Source: Bifidobacterium breve
Lineage (GTDB): Bacteria > Actinomycetota > Acidimicrobiia > Acidimicrobiales > Ilumatobacteraceae
NCBI GenBank assembly: GCA_945901725.1
Contig: CAMDLK010000002.1
Coordinates: 492-64,491 of the forward strand
Length of the DNA: 64,000 nucleotides
Direction: 5' to 3'
The notes under the pieces were generated by a model. That model was not told the DNA's origin, searched no databases, and was given only the letters and a program-made list of their open reading frames with translations. The position numbers and the translations under genes are program-made. This document shows, piece after piece, positions 38,596 through 47,913 of this stretch; positions within the stretch are counted from its first letter, which is position 1; every line of letters starts with the position of its first letter.

Positions 38596-39191
38596 TACTG
38601 AAAATTCTCAAAATAACGCGACGGTGTTGGGCCGCGCTGTCCCTGATACTTCGAACCCTTTGCGCCAGAACCGTATGGCTTCTCTGCTGGCGATGTCATC
38701 TTCATGAAACTGATTTGGCCAATCTTCATACCTGGGTACAAGGTGATCGGAAGGTTGGCCACGTTTGCCAATTCCAATGTGACGTGACCATCGAAGCCAG
38801 CATCAATAAAACCTGCAGTGGAATGAATAAGTAGGCCAAGGCGACCAAGTGAGCTCTTGCCCTCAACACGTGCCACTAAGTCGTTCGGTACCGCAACGCG
38901 CTCAAGCGTGGAACCTAGGACAAATTCGCCTGGGTGCAAAATGAAGACGCCATCAAGGGGAATGTCAACCAGTTCGGTGAGGTCAGTCATGTCTTTCTTC
39001 ACGTCGATGATGCCGGCTGTGTGATTACGGAACACCCGGAACAGGTTGTGCACCTTGATATCGATACTGCTTGGCTGCACGCACGCCTCATCGAAAGGCT
39101 CGATGATGATACGGCCAGCGGCCAGTTCGGTACGGAGGTCACGGTCAGACAGAATCACGAATGAAACCTTACCCAACGGGGCTCTTGACAC
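38595..39191 (-). CDS. dcd: dCTP deaminase
   Basis: 'ILSDRDL', 'SIDIKV', '[15 protein letters not shown]', '[10 protein letters not shown]'. An alternative GTG start is at 39158. Confidence 0.9.
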   Translation of the reverse strand: MSRAPLGKVSFVILSDRDLRTELAAGRIIIEPFDEACVQPSSIDIKVHNLFRVFRNHTAGIIDVKKDMTDLTELVDIPLDGVFILHPGEFVLGSTLERVAVPNDLVARVEGKSSLGRLGLLIHSTAGFIDAGFDGHVTLELANVANLPITLYPGMKIGQISFMKMTSPAEKPYGSGAKGSKYQGQRGPTPSRYFENFQ

Positions 39192-39230
39192 CCCGATGAA
39201 TTGTGGGTCTCCGTTGATTTGAGAGTTGGA

Positions 39231-39842
39231 TTATTTGGTTTCTTTCCAGCGATATACGCCGAGAACTGCCTCGATTGAGACCTTGTTCCAGGCCTCGAGG
39301 TCGACTTGAGAAGGATTCATTTCGGCCATAACCCGGCCATTGAGCTGACCGATGCCCCAATATGAAAGGGCCATGGCATCAAGATCCTTCGTGACCCAGC
39401 CTTTTTCTTGGCCAAATATCATGACGCGGGCAAGGGATTCTGCGGATTCGTGATTGATCTCAATGACTGCAGCGGCAATTGCTGGGCTGGTTTGAGCTGC
39501 ACCCATCACGTTCATGCGAATTGATCTGATCTCGGCACGCTGTGGTGAATAGACGGCAGCCAATATTTTGCGGACTGAGCGTTCGAAGTCCTCCCAGGTA
39601 TCGGACATCAGGGCTGCTGCTTCGAATGGAACCATCATTTCTGAGTAACTGCGGCGATAGCGCTCGATTTGGGCGGCTTCCACAAGGGCTTCGCGGTTTT
39701 TAAAGAAGTGGTACACCGATGGTTCGCGAACCCCGACTGCGTTTGCAACTGAGCTGACACGGACAGACCCCTCACCACCTGAGGAGATGGCGTCGATGGT
39801 GGCATTCAACAATTTTGAGCGGGTATCTAACTCAGTCGCCAT
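39231..39842 (-). CDS. TetR/AcrR family transcriptional regulator
   Basis: N-terminal HTH 'VSSVANAVGVREPSVYHFFKNREALV'. Confidence 0.85.
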   Translation of the reverse strand: MATELDTRSKLLNATIDAISSGGEGSVRVSSVANAVGVREPSVYHFFKNREALVEAAQIERYRRSYSEMMVPFEAAALMSDTWEDFERSVRKILAAVYSPQRAEIRSIRMNVMGAAQTSPAIAAAVIEINHESAESLARVMIFGQEKGWVTKDLDAMALSYWGIGQLNGRVMAEMNPSQVDLEAWNKVSIEAVLGVYRWKETK

Positions 39843-39901
39843 AGTGCCTAACCCTAGTAGGGAACAGCGAAGAAACTTTTTTACGTCGTGTGAAAGCTTG
39901 G

Positions 39902-40258
39902 TTACGGTTCCATCACAACCCAGCCCCGGCGCTGTAATTCAGCGGCCAGAACCTCGGCAGGCACGGATTTCAATGATCGTTCAGCTGCAGTGACCTTGGG
40001 TTTGATGGCCTGGGGAGTTGGGGCAACGGGGGTGGGTAGGGCATCTGCTGATTCGGCGATCTCGGCCCATTCTTGAAGTTGGGCAATGAAGGCATCGGCT
40101 TCGTCGCGAGTGAACCTGCCACCTGCTTGGCGTTGGTTGAAACCCATGGGGCCTCGGGCATCACGAAAGTCTGTATGGCCAGCAGCGTTCAAGAGTTCGA
40201 GAAGTTCTCGCGTTTGTTTTGCGGTTGCTGGTGGGCCAGCTGGTTGTCCGAATGCCAT
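39902..40258 (-). CDS. Hypothetical protein, 118 aa
   Basis: Plausible sequence from the ATG at 40258 ('MAFGQPAGPPATAKQTRELLELLNAAGH...'). The upstream 93 aa of the 211-aa ORF are Arg/Cys/Gln-rich and overlap a better small membrane ORF in another frame. Confidence 0.5.
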   Translation of the reverse strand: MAFGQPAGPPATAKQTRELLELLNAAGHTDFRDARGPMGFNQRQAGGRFTRDEADAFIAQLQEWAEIAESADALPTPVAPTPQAIKPKVTAAERSLKSVPAEVLAAELQRRGWVVMEP

Positions 40259-40284
40259 AAACGAAACAGTACTCGTGGCGTCTT

Positions 40285-40494
40285 TCAACGAATCAGACTG
40301 GCCAAGGCCCAGAGGCCGGCAATGGCACCTATGGCAATCATCAGGTAGCTGCGGGCTTTGGGTGCTTCGGCCAAGTCGCCTTCTGCGCGAGCCCTTGGCG
40401 GTGGTTTGATGAGGGCCATTATGTTGCCAGCCGAGAGCGCAAACCCAAGCGCCATCACGAGATAAGCAAGCAGGTTTTCTCCGAGGAACATCAC
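40285..40494 (-). CDS. Small two-TM membrane protein, 69 aa
   Basis: Two clear hydrophobic helices separated by the basic loop 'KPPPRARAEGD'. Confidence 0.5.
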   Translation of the reverse strand: MMFLGENLLAYLVMALGFALSAGNIMALIKPPPRARAEGDLAEAPKARSYLMIAIGAIAGLWALASLIR

Positions 40495-40522
40495 TACAGA
40501 TTAGGCGTGGCAGACTCTGCGC

Positions 40523-41062
40523 ATGGGCTTTCATCACGTCGCACTCGCCACTAAAGACTTACAAGCAACACACCACTTCTATACAGAGGTGATGGGCTTT
40601 TCATTAGTGAAAACAGTTATTGGCCCGGTGCCAGGTTCCCCAGAAGGTTGGGCTCGTCACGTCTTTTACGACACCGGTTCAACGGGCATGATTGCATTTT
40701 GGGATCTACATGATGCGCAATGGGCAGACGGCTACCCCACCGACATTAATAAGTTGGCCGGGCTACCTGGATGGGTGAATCACTTTGCGTACTTTGCACC
40801 ATCGCGTGAATTTCTTGATGAGCGTCGCAAGAACTGGACAGACCATGGACACATGGTGGCTGAAGTGAACCATGAGTTCTGCATCAGCATTTACACAAGT
40901 GACCCGGATGGAAACACCGTTGAGTTCTGTTACGACGTTCGCGAATTTACTGACGAAGAAAAAATAGAAGCGATGGCCTTGTTAGTTCACAAGCATCCAC
41001 CAATGGATAAAGATGCCTCTGTGACTATTCACCCGCCAACAAACGTGGCGGTTGCGCACTAA
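40523..41062 (+). CDS. VOC (glyoxalase/bleomycin resistance/dioxygenase) family protein
   Basis: 'FHHVALATKDLQATHHFYTEVMGF'. Confidence 0.8.
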   Translation: MGFHHVALATKDLQATHHFYTEVMGFSLVKTVIGPVPGSPEGWARHVFYDTGSTGMIAFWDLHDAQWADGYPTDINKLAGLPGWVNHFAYFAPSREFLDERRKNWTDHGHMVAEVNHEFCISIYTSDPDGNTVEFCYDVREFTDEEKIEAMALLVHKHPPMDKDASVTIHPPTNVAVAH

Positions 41063-42439
41063 CTATTCCGGTTCGTCAACGAACTGGGTGTACGCCTTGT
41101 TGAACAACAAGCGCACATCACCTGTAGGGCCTGAACGATGCTTTTGCACGATGACGTCTGCATAGCCTTTGTCATTGTTACGCGCTTCAGCATTTGCTGC
41201 CTCTTCGCGATACAGAAACATAACAACGTCGGCGTCCTGCTCGAGTGCACCGGATTCACGCAAGTCGGCAAGAACAGGGCGGCGGTCAGCTCGTGTTTCA
41301 ATAGTTCGACTTAATTGACTCAGCGCAACAACAGGAATTCCAAAGTCTCGAGCGAGCATTTTGAGACCACGACTAATCTCACTGACTTCCAATTGGCGGT
41401 TTTCGTTATTGCCGCCACCCATGAGCTGAAGGTAGTCAATAACAACAAGAGCAGGCGCCGCATCTGACACGGCAACACGGCGCAACTTCTGGCGAATCTG
41501 CGTCACCGTAATTTGGGATGTGTCGTCAATATAAAGAGGAATTTCTAGACGGTTGATTGCGTTCGTAATCTTGGTCCAATCGGCATCTTGTAAATTGCCG
41601 GTACGCATACGATCTGAATCAACTAGTGCTTCCGCAGACAAAATTCGCTGCGTTAATTCTGGGGCTGACATTTCTAATGAGAAGAACAACACAGGGCGGT
41701 TGGTTGTACGCGCTGCACTGACTGCCATACCCAATGCAAATGCGCTCTTACCCATAGCAGGGCGAGCACCAACAATGTTTAGGGTTCCTGGTTGTAAACC
41801 AGACAATAGTTTGTCGAGTTTTGTATATCCAGTACGAATACCCGTGACATCGGACTTTGCATCGTAACGATCTTCCAGAATTTGTGCGACTGTTCCGGTT
41901 AGTTCGTGAAGTTTTTTTAATGAGTCGACGATTTGTTCATCACCGATATCGAACACAATTTGTTCCGCTTTGTCAATTGCATTCTTGATATCGGCAGGAG
42001 CTGAATACCCAATGTCTGCAATTTCGCTTGCGCCGCGAATCAGACGACGAAGCGTTGATGTATCGCGCACAATGCGGATGTAGCGGCCCGCGCTACTGAT
42101 TGATGGAGTTGCGTTCTGCAGTTCCAGCAGGAAGTTCAGTCCGCCCAATTCGTCGATGAGATTGTGACGACGCAATTCATCGGCAACAGTGACAACGTCA
42201 ACAGCGTCAGCAGCTTGCGACAATACTTTGATTGCTGCAAATACATGACCGTGTGCTGGCTTGTAAAAATCTTCCGGCACAAGTTGCTGTTCAATAGCCA
42301 AACCAATTGGTTCTTCATTGAGCAACATGGCTCCGAGCAACGAAGCTTCTGCATCTAAGTTGTGCGGCGGTACGCGACTATCCGTACGAGTAGTACGTGG
42401 TGCTGAGGACCGTTCAGGCCTGTCGGAAAAGTCGCTCAT
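41063..42439 (-). CDS. dnaB: Replicative DNA helicase DnaB (no intein)
   Basis: 'PPHNLDAEASLLGAML', Walker A 'GARPAMGKSAFAL', 458 aa. Confidence 0.95.
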   Translation of the reverse strand: MSDFSDRPERSSAPRTTRTDSRVPPHNLDAEASLLGAMLLNEEPIGLAIEQQLVPEDFYKPAHGHVFAAIKVLSQAADAVDVVTVADELRRHNLIDELGGLNFLLELQNATPSISSAGRYIRIVRDTSTLRRLIRGASEIADIGYSAPADIKNAIDKAEQIVFDIGDEQIVDSLKKLHELTGTVAQILEDRYDAKSDVTGIRTGYTKLDKLLSGLQPGTLNIVGARPAMGKSAFALGMAVSAARTTNRPVLFFSLEMSAPELTQRILSAEALVDSDRMRTGNLQDADWTKITNAINRLEIPLYIDDTSQITVTQIRQKLRRVAVSDAAPALVVIDYLQLMGGGNNENRQLEVSEISRGLKMLARDFGIPVVALSQLSRTIETRADRRPVLADLRESGALEQDADVVMFLYREEAANAEARNNDKGYADVIVQKHRSGPTGDVRLLFNKAYTQFVDEPE

Positions 42440-42469
42440 AGAGATCCTCTACCTTGCCTGTAAATGCCT

Positions 42470-42544
42470 GTGGATTGCTAGTGGATAACCCTGCGAAATC
42501 ACTGTGGATAGCGCTGGGGACAAAGCCCGACAACTGTGGATAAC
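42470..42544. promoter_or_regulatory. Cluster of four same-orientation DnaA boxes upstream of dnaB
   Basis: TGTGGATTG (42470), AGTGGATAA (42481), TGTGGATAG (42504) and TGTGGATAA (42536, a perfect reverse complement of TTATCCACA). Confidence 0.6.
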
Positions 42545-42567
42545 AAGTGTGTAAGCAGCGCTGGCTA

Positions 42568-43011
42568 TCAGCCGGCAACCACTGACAATTTCACTGTGCA
42601 CTCGACATCAGCGTGCAAGCGGACAATTGCCGTGTGTGCACCTGTTGTACGAATTGGCTGAGCCACCACTTTTTTGCGATCAAGGATGACGCCAGATTGT
42701 GCAGCGAGTGCAGCAACGATGTCAGCAGTGGTTACTGAACCGAACAAACGGCCTTCGTTTCCAGCTTTTGCCTTGACAGTAAATGAGCGAGCCATGAGCG
42801 TTTCAGCAACAGTGTGAGCAGATGCTCGGTCTGATGCTTCACGAAGGTCACGTGCACGACGCATTGATGTCGCTTGCTGTACTGCGCCGTCGGTTGCTAC
42901 AAGAGCAAGTCCGCGTGGCAACAAGTAGTTACGAGCATGGCCATCAGCAACAGCGATGATGTCGCCGCGGCAGCCGACTCCGGCTATGTCTTGACGAAGA
43001 ATGACTTTCAT
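42568..43011 (-). CDS. rplI: 50S ribosomal protein L9
   Basis: 'MKVILRQDIAGVG.RGDII.V..G.ARNYLLPRGLA'. Confidence 0.95.
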   Translation of the reverse strand: MKVILRQDIAGVGCRGDIIAVADGHARNYLLPRGLALVATDGAVQQATSMRRARDLREASDRASAHTVAETLMARSFTVKAKAGNEGRLFGSVTTADIVAALAAQSGVILDRKKVVAQPIRTTGAHTAIVRLHADVECTVKLSVVAG

Positions 43012-43013
43012 GA

Positions 43014-43451
43014 TTATGCCTCTACTTCGGCTTCAACTGCAGCAGTTTCTTCTGCGACAGCTTCGGTTGAATCTGTTGAATCATCTTCGTCCTCACGAGG
43101 CACGAATGATGAACTTGTTGGCTGCTCGTCGAGTTCCAAGTTTGCTTCGTCTTCACGGCCTTCTTTACCTGGGCGAGGTGCACGGGTGCTGACGGTGCGC
43201 TTTGTGTATGGCAACAATGCCATTTCGCGAGCGTTCTTGATTGCCGTTGCGAGGTCGCGCTGTTGCTGCACGTTTGTGCCGCTCATGCGCTGTCCACGGA
43301 TTTTCGAACGATCTGACATGAAGCGCTGAAGGAGGCTTACGTCTTTGTAATCGATGAAAACAACTTTTTCGATGGCCAATGGGTTGGCCTTCTTTTTGAA
43401 CTTGCGGTTTGCCTCACGGGCGTTACGAATTTTGTTCGTTTTACTTGTCAT
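43014..43451 (-). CDS. rpsR: 30S ribosomal protein S18 with a ~60-aa acidic C-terminal extension
   Basis: S18 core '[50 protein letters not shown]', then the tail '..[38 protein letters not shown]'. Confidence 0.9.
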   Translation of the reverse strand: MTSKTNKIRNAREANRKFKKKANPLAIEKVVFIDYKDVSLLQRFMSDRSKIRGQRMSGTNVQQQRDLATAIKNAREMALLPYTKRTVSTRAPRPGKEGREDEANLELDEQPTSSSFVPREDEDDSTDSTEAVAEETAAVEAEVEA

Positions 43452-43500
43452 GGTGTGATCCTTGTATCAGGGAAGGTGTGAAGGGTAGAAAATGGAAAGC

Positions 43501-43962
43501 CTAGAAAGGCTCTTCGTCAGATGGGAAGTAGTCGCCACCGCCGGCGTTGCCGCCTGCTGGTTGTGAACCACCACGTGCACCGCCGCCAGCGTTGCCGCCA
43601 CCTTCGGCACGAGGTGTGCGCTCGACAGATGCGGTTGCCCAGCGAAGGCTTGGCCCAATTTCATCTGCGTTGACTTCAATCGCGGTGCGCTTTTCGCCTT
43701 CGCGGTTTTGGTATTCGCGCTGCTCGAGGCGACCAGAGACGATGATTCGCATTCCCTTGGTGAAGGTTGCTGCGGCGTTCTCGCCCAGTTGGCCCCATGC
43801 AACGATGTTGAAGTACGAGGTTTGTTCTTGCCATTCACCGTTGACTTGGTAGCGGCGACCAACGGCGATGCCGAATGATGCGACGCCCTTGCCGCCTGTA
43901 GTGAAACGAAGTTCTGGATCGCGGGTGAGGTTCCCTACGAGTGTGATTGTGTTGTCGGCCAT
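43501..43962 (-). CDS. ssb: Single-stranded DNA-binding protein
   Basis: OB fold 'ITLVGNLTRDPELRFT', Gly-rich linker and acidic tip 'DEEPF'. Confidence 0.95.
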   Translation of the reverse strand: MADNTITLVGNLTRDPELRFTTGGKGVASFGIAVGRRYQVNGEWQEQTSYFNIVAWGQLGENAAATFTKGMRIIVSGRLEQREYQNREGEKRTAIEVNADEIGPSLRWATASVERTPRAEGGGNAGGGARGGSQPAGGNAGGGDYFPSDEEPF

Positions 43963-44015
43963 GGTGATGGTTCCTTCCTAAAGATGAAGAGAGCGCTGTG
44001 CTCGATAAGGACGGC

Positions 44016-44342
44016 TTACGCCGCCGAGATCATTCCGCGACGAGCTGCCTCGTCGTCTGGAAGTCGGAGCAATTTATGACGCAGGACGTCATCGGAAAGG
44101 CGGAATCCGCGCTCGACTTCATCGAGTGCGCCACCTTCAGCAGAGAGGTTGAAAATGGCGTAGTAGCCATCATCTTGTTTCATGATCGGATAAGCCAAGC
44201 GACGCTTGCCCCACCAATCGGGATTGCCGTGGATTTGACCACCAACACCTGCCACTGAGGCAGAGATGGTTTTAATCCATGCATGGGCTGCGCTCTCGTC
44301 GAGCTTCCCGCTAATAATGACCATGAGTTCGTATGCACGCAT
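44016..44342 (-). CDS. rpsF: 30S ribosomal protein S6
   Basis: 'MRAYELMVII...WGKRRLAYPI'. GGGAGG RBS sits before the ATG at 44342; the longer ORF to 44480 was rejected. Confidence 0.9.
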   Translation of the reverse strand: MRAYELMVIISGKLDESAAHAWIKTISASVAGVGGQIHGNPDWWGKRRLAYPIMKQDDGYYAIFNLSAEGGALDEVERGFRLSDDVLRHKLLRLPDDEAARRGMISAA

Positions 44343-44522
44343 TGCGTGTGACCTCCCTTCGGACCCGAGTACGATCCCGGGGCCCCCGAGGGGGCAGGGT
44401 GAATAAGTGACTTGCGTAGCGTACCTGATGAGATTCACCCTCCCACAGGGGTGTTTCACTGAAGTCCAGCCTGTGTCCATTACCCCTGATGTGGACCAGG
44501 AATGGCAGTTTTTGGCAGAATT

Positions 44523-44933
44523 TCAGCCTTTTGCAGCTGTCCGAGGCCTTTTCGGTACCGCAATTGGCAGAACCCGTAATAGATGGTGCCACCGACATTG
44601 CGGGCAGGCTTCCACTACATAGGCGGTGTATTCGTGGCCGGTGCGCTGCAATTTCACAATGTCACTGCGGTCGGTGACGCACTTGCCGTTCTTTGGCAGG
44701 CCGTGTCCAAATACATAGGTCACGAGAGCCACGTTGACTTCTTCGCAAATGGGGCACATGGTCTTTGATGGTTCACCAATGTTGCGAGCAGCGCGAATGA
44801 GTTCGGGGTGCGCATCACACACAGAGTCCTTACTGACACGACCGCGTTTCACCTCATTAATAAGGGAGCGACGGGACAGTTGGTGATCAATAACTCCGGT
44901 ACCACCGCGCAACATGTCAACTGAGAAACCCAT
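44523..44933 (-). CDS. Conserved actinobacterial zinc-ribbon protein (DUF5318-like)
   Basis: 136 aa with CPIC...CPQC pairs, in the position upstream of rpsF typical of actinobacteria. The family name is from memory. Confidence 0.55.
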   Translation of the reverse strand: MGFSVDMLRGGTGVIDHQLSRRSLINEVKRGRVSKDSVCDAHPELIRAARNIGEPSKTMCPICEEVNVALVTYVFGHGLPKNGKCVTDRSDIVKLQRTGHEYTAYVVEACPQCRWHHLLRVLPIAVPKRPRTAAKG

Positions 44934-44955
44934 GCCTCCATAAGTTAGTCATAAG

Positions 44956-45585
44956 ATGCCTGTCATGTCAGATGCTGGTTCCACTGTTACCGATGGCCGC
45001 TCTATCTCCTTTGGTTCCACCGTCCACAACGAAAGCGAACTGCGCGTGTGCGGAGATCTTCGCGGCAAACGAGTGCTGGAACTTGGACTTTTTGGCACCG
45101 TACCGAATTGCGTGGCCATGGCCACCCAAGGTGCCCGAAGCATCGCCATCGACCCGTCGAGCGAGGCAATTTCCCGGGCTCGGGTAGCTGCCAGCAATTC
45201 AGAAGTAGTGGTCGAATTCCATGAAGGCGATCTTGCTGACCTCGGATTTCTCATGAACGCAGTCATCGACCTTGCGGTCTGTGTGCATCAGATCAATTCC
45301 GAAACTGACATTGCCCGCCTGTTTCGCCAAGTACACCGCGTTTTGCGCCCAGAAGCCGGATTGGTTTTTGCAGTTACTCACCCGATGTCTGCGGTGTTTG
45401 ACAACAATGACCCCACAGCTCGACGTCAATACGGTTCCACCACGCCGACAATTGGCGAATTAACAATGGCGTTGCAACGCGCAAACTTTTCTATTGACGT
45501 GATGCACGAACTAACGCCATTGCATCAGCCTCGTGCAGTTGCGCCGTCAACACTTGTTGTACGTGCGCGCAAGCTTGGTTCGTAG
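44956..45585 (+). CDS. Class I SAM-dependent methyltransferase-like protein
   Basis: 'KRVLELGLFGT...ARSIAIDPS' and 'FDLAVCVH..' style motifs. Motif I is somewhat degenerate. Confidence 0.65.
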   Translation: MPVMSDAGSTVTDGRSISFGSTVHNESELRVCGDLRGKRVLELGLFGTVPNCVAMATQGARSIAIDPSSEAISRARVAASNSEVVVEFHEGDLADLGFLMNAVIDLAVCVHQINSETDIARLFRQVHRVLRPEAGLVFAVTHPMSAVFDNNDPTARRQYGSTTPTIGELTMALQRANFSIDVMHELTPLHQPRAVAPSTLVVRARKLGS

Positions 45586-47049
45586 TTAGCGATTCTCCGC
45601 GCGTCGAGTGCGTTTCAGTTTCGACACATCATCAGCGTTGGTTGCCCACCATTCGCGTAAGCGAGCCACGATTACTTCTTCGCCAAGAATTCCTTCTTCC
45701 AAGCGAATATCCATAAGGAATTCGAGTGCAGCACCAATCGCAGGACCAGCTGGAACGCCAAGTAATTCCATTACATGTTGTCCGTCAATTTCTGGGCGTA
45801 GTGATGCAAGCTCTTCGCGCGCAGCAACTTCTGCAATGCGTGCTTCCATTTCGTCCATACGCCGCGAAAGAATTTTTGCTTTCTTTTCGTTGCGTGTTGT
45901 GCAGTCACAGCGCACCAACACATTGAGCTCGCCTAAATATTCACCAGCGTCGCGCACATAACGACGCACAGCGCTATCGGTCCAGCCCATTTGATACGTG
46001 TGAAAACGGCCGCTAATTGCTACTAATTCGGATACTGCTTCAATATCGGCATTCGGGTACTTCATTGCCTTCATGCGTTCACGCGTCATACGTGCACCGA
46101 CAACTTCGTGATGATGGAAGGTAACGCCCTTGCCTTCTTTGAAACCACGTGTGCGTGGTTTACCAATGTCGTGATACAACGCTGCAAGGCGAGTGATGCG
46201 AAAATCGAATTCACGAGTCGGATCAAGTTGCACGTTCTCAACAACTGCAAGCGTGTGCGTCAATACGTCTTTGTGCCTATGAATAGGGTCTTGTTCAAGG
46301 CGCATCAGTTTCATTTCTGGAAGGAAATGATCAACAAGGCCAGTATCAACTAAGAACCACAAACCAAATGTTGGTCGCTTCGTTGTCATCAACCTGTCGA
46401 ATTCAATACGCACTCGCTCGGCGGACACGATGGTGAGACGATCCGCCATTGAAGTTACTGCCGCTGTGATTGATGGGTCTGGCGCAACTTCTAACTGCGA
46501 AATGAATCGGGCTGCGCGCAACATGCGCAATGGGTCGTCGCTAAATGACTCTTCTGCTGACAAAGGAGTACGCAACACGCGGGCCATGAGGTCTGCAAGA
46601 CCACCAAACGGATCAACAAGTTCAGGAGTGTCTGTCGTTAGTTCCAATGCCATTGCATTGATGGTGAAGTCACGACGAGATAAATCAGTTTCAATGTCAG
46701 TTGCAAATTGCACTTCAGGTTTACGTGAATCAGGCGAATAGGCCTCTGCGCGATGGGTGGTGATTTCGTAGGTGCGTTCACCAATCTTCAAGCCAATGGT
46801 GCCGAAACGCTCACCCTGGGTCCACAGAGCGTCCGCGATTGGGCTCACTATTTTCTTGATCTGGTCGGGGGTCGCCGTCGTCGTTGCGTCGAAGTCAATC
46901 AGGCTGAGGTCTGTGCCGGCATCGGATTCGCCAATGAACAGATCGCGCACACTTCCTCCGACCAGAAAGAGCCGGTGGCCCGCTTCACGAAAGAGGGCAG
47001 CAAGGGGCTCCATCTCCTGAAGAATTGGGGCAAAGCGCGGCGGAAACAT
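45586..47049 (-). CDS. cca: CCA tRNA nucleotidyltransferase (with HD domain)
   Basis: 'LVGGSVRDLF', 'RRDFTINAMA', HD 'LYHDIGKP'. Confidence 0.9.
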   Translation of the reverse strand: MFPPRFAPILQEMEPLAALFREAGHRLFLVGGSVRDLFIGESDAGTDLSLIDFDATTTATPDQIKKIVSPIADALWTQGERFGTIGLKIGERTYEITTHRAEAYSPDSRKPEVQFATDIETDLSRRDFTINAMALELTTDTPELVDPFGGLADLMARVLRTPLSAEESFSDDPLRMLRAARFISQLEVAPDPSITAAVTSMADRLTIVSAERVRIEFDRLMTTKRPTFGLWFLVDTGLVDHFLPEMKLMRLEQDPIHRHKDVLTHTLAVVENVQLDPTREFDFRITRLAALYHDIGKPRTRGFKEGKGVTFHHHEVVGARMTRERMKAMKYPNADIEAVSELVAISGRFHTYQMGWTDSAVRRYVRDAGEYLGELNVLVRCDCTTRNEKKAKILSRRMDEMEARIAEVAAREELASLRPEIDGQHVMELLGVPAGPAIGAALEFLMDIRLEEGILGEEVIVARLREWWATNADDVSKLKRTRRAENR

Positions 47050-47085
47050 AACAAATGAAGGCTAGGCACCCGAGCGCCCGAACAG

Positions 47086-47913
47086 GTGGTACCCGCTGTT
47101 TCTGCCAGTTTTCGGCATCGCGGGGACCAGTCGCACTACGGTCATGGGGTGAGTTTGGTCGAGCAACGTTCCCGAGCAGGGGTCATTTGGTCAGGCGCCA
47201 CCACTGCCCGGGCCCGGCCGTGGCCAGAGGTGCCGACCCGAGCTGTCCTACTAATAGGTGGCTCACACAGCCCGACCGTGCAGTTACCTGACACCCCAAT
47301 TTTGCAGTCGTGGGTCGACACCTTGTCTCGCTGGGGCTACGACAGTGTTCGCACTTCCCCCCTTGCCCCCATTGCAGCAACCGCTCTTTCGGCGGTTGGT
47401 TTCAACACTTCGCAAAAGCTGACTTTGTTGGAACGACTTCATTCAGAGCCAGTCGTCGTCACCCAGCCGTTGCGTTCCGCTCGTCCACGTTTTCCCATGT
47501 CCCGTATGCCTGCCCCATCAGTGGTTGAGGCCATTCTTCGCATTGATCGCGCAGCCTTCGGCGACGAGTGGATGATGGATCAGCAGACATTTCGCGAAGC
47601 ACTTCATGCCACACAACGGGCTCGCATATTTGTTTCCCACGACGACGGCGAATTGACTGGTTTTGTCATCGCCGGCGTCACGGACTCATACGGGTTCATC
47701 CAGCGACTCGCAGTTCACCCCGATTTTCAACGCCACGGAGTTGCCGGTTCTTTGGTGCAGAATTCATTGTCATGGATTCACTCACGCGACTGCCGGTCAA
47801 CAGTTGTGAACACTGAGGTCTCGAACGACGCCGCACTATCCATTTATGAAAAAAATGGATTTGTACCCCTTGACTACAACCTTTTGGTGATGGAACGGCA
47901 GTTATCTGTATGA
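47086..47913 (+). CDS. GNAT family N-acetyltransferase (C-terminal GNAT domain; the N-terminal half is unclear)
   Basis: 'IQRLAVHPDFQRHGVAGSLV' and 'ALSIYEKNGF'. The GTG start at 47086 is uncertain. Confidence 0.65.
   Translation: MVPAVSASFRHRGDQSHYGHGVSLVEQRSRAGVIWSGATTARARPWPEVPTRAVLLIGGSHSPTVQLPDTPILQSWVDTLSRWGYDSVRTSPLAPIAATALSAVGFNTSQKLTLLERLHSEPVVVTQPLRSARPRFPMSRMPAPSVVEAILRIDRAAFGDEWMMDQQTFREALHATQRARIFVSHDDGELTGFVIAGVTDSYGFIQRLAVHPDFQRHGVAGSLVQNSLSWIHSRDCRSTVVNTEVSNDAALSIYEKNGFVPLDYNLLVMERQLSV

Noticed and set aside
39843-39901. Short palindrome CCCTA-G-TAGGG upstream of the TetR gene as a possible operator
   Set aside because: It has only 5-bp arms, which is too short to distinguish from chance without comparative data.
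44343-44480. Extension of rpsF to a 154-aa ORF
   Set aside because: S6 starts at 'MRAYELMVI' with a GGGAGG RBS. The upstream residues are non-S6-like and lie in a structured leader.
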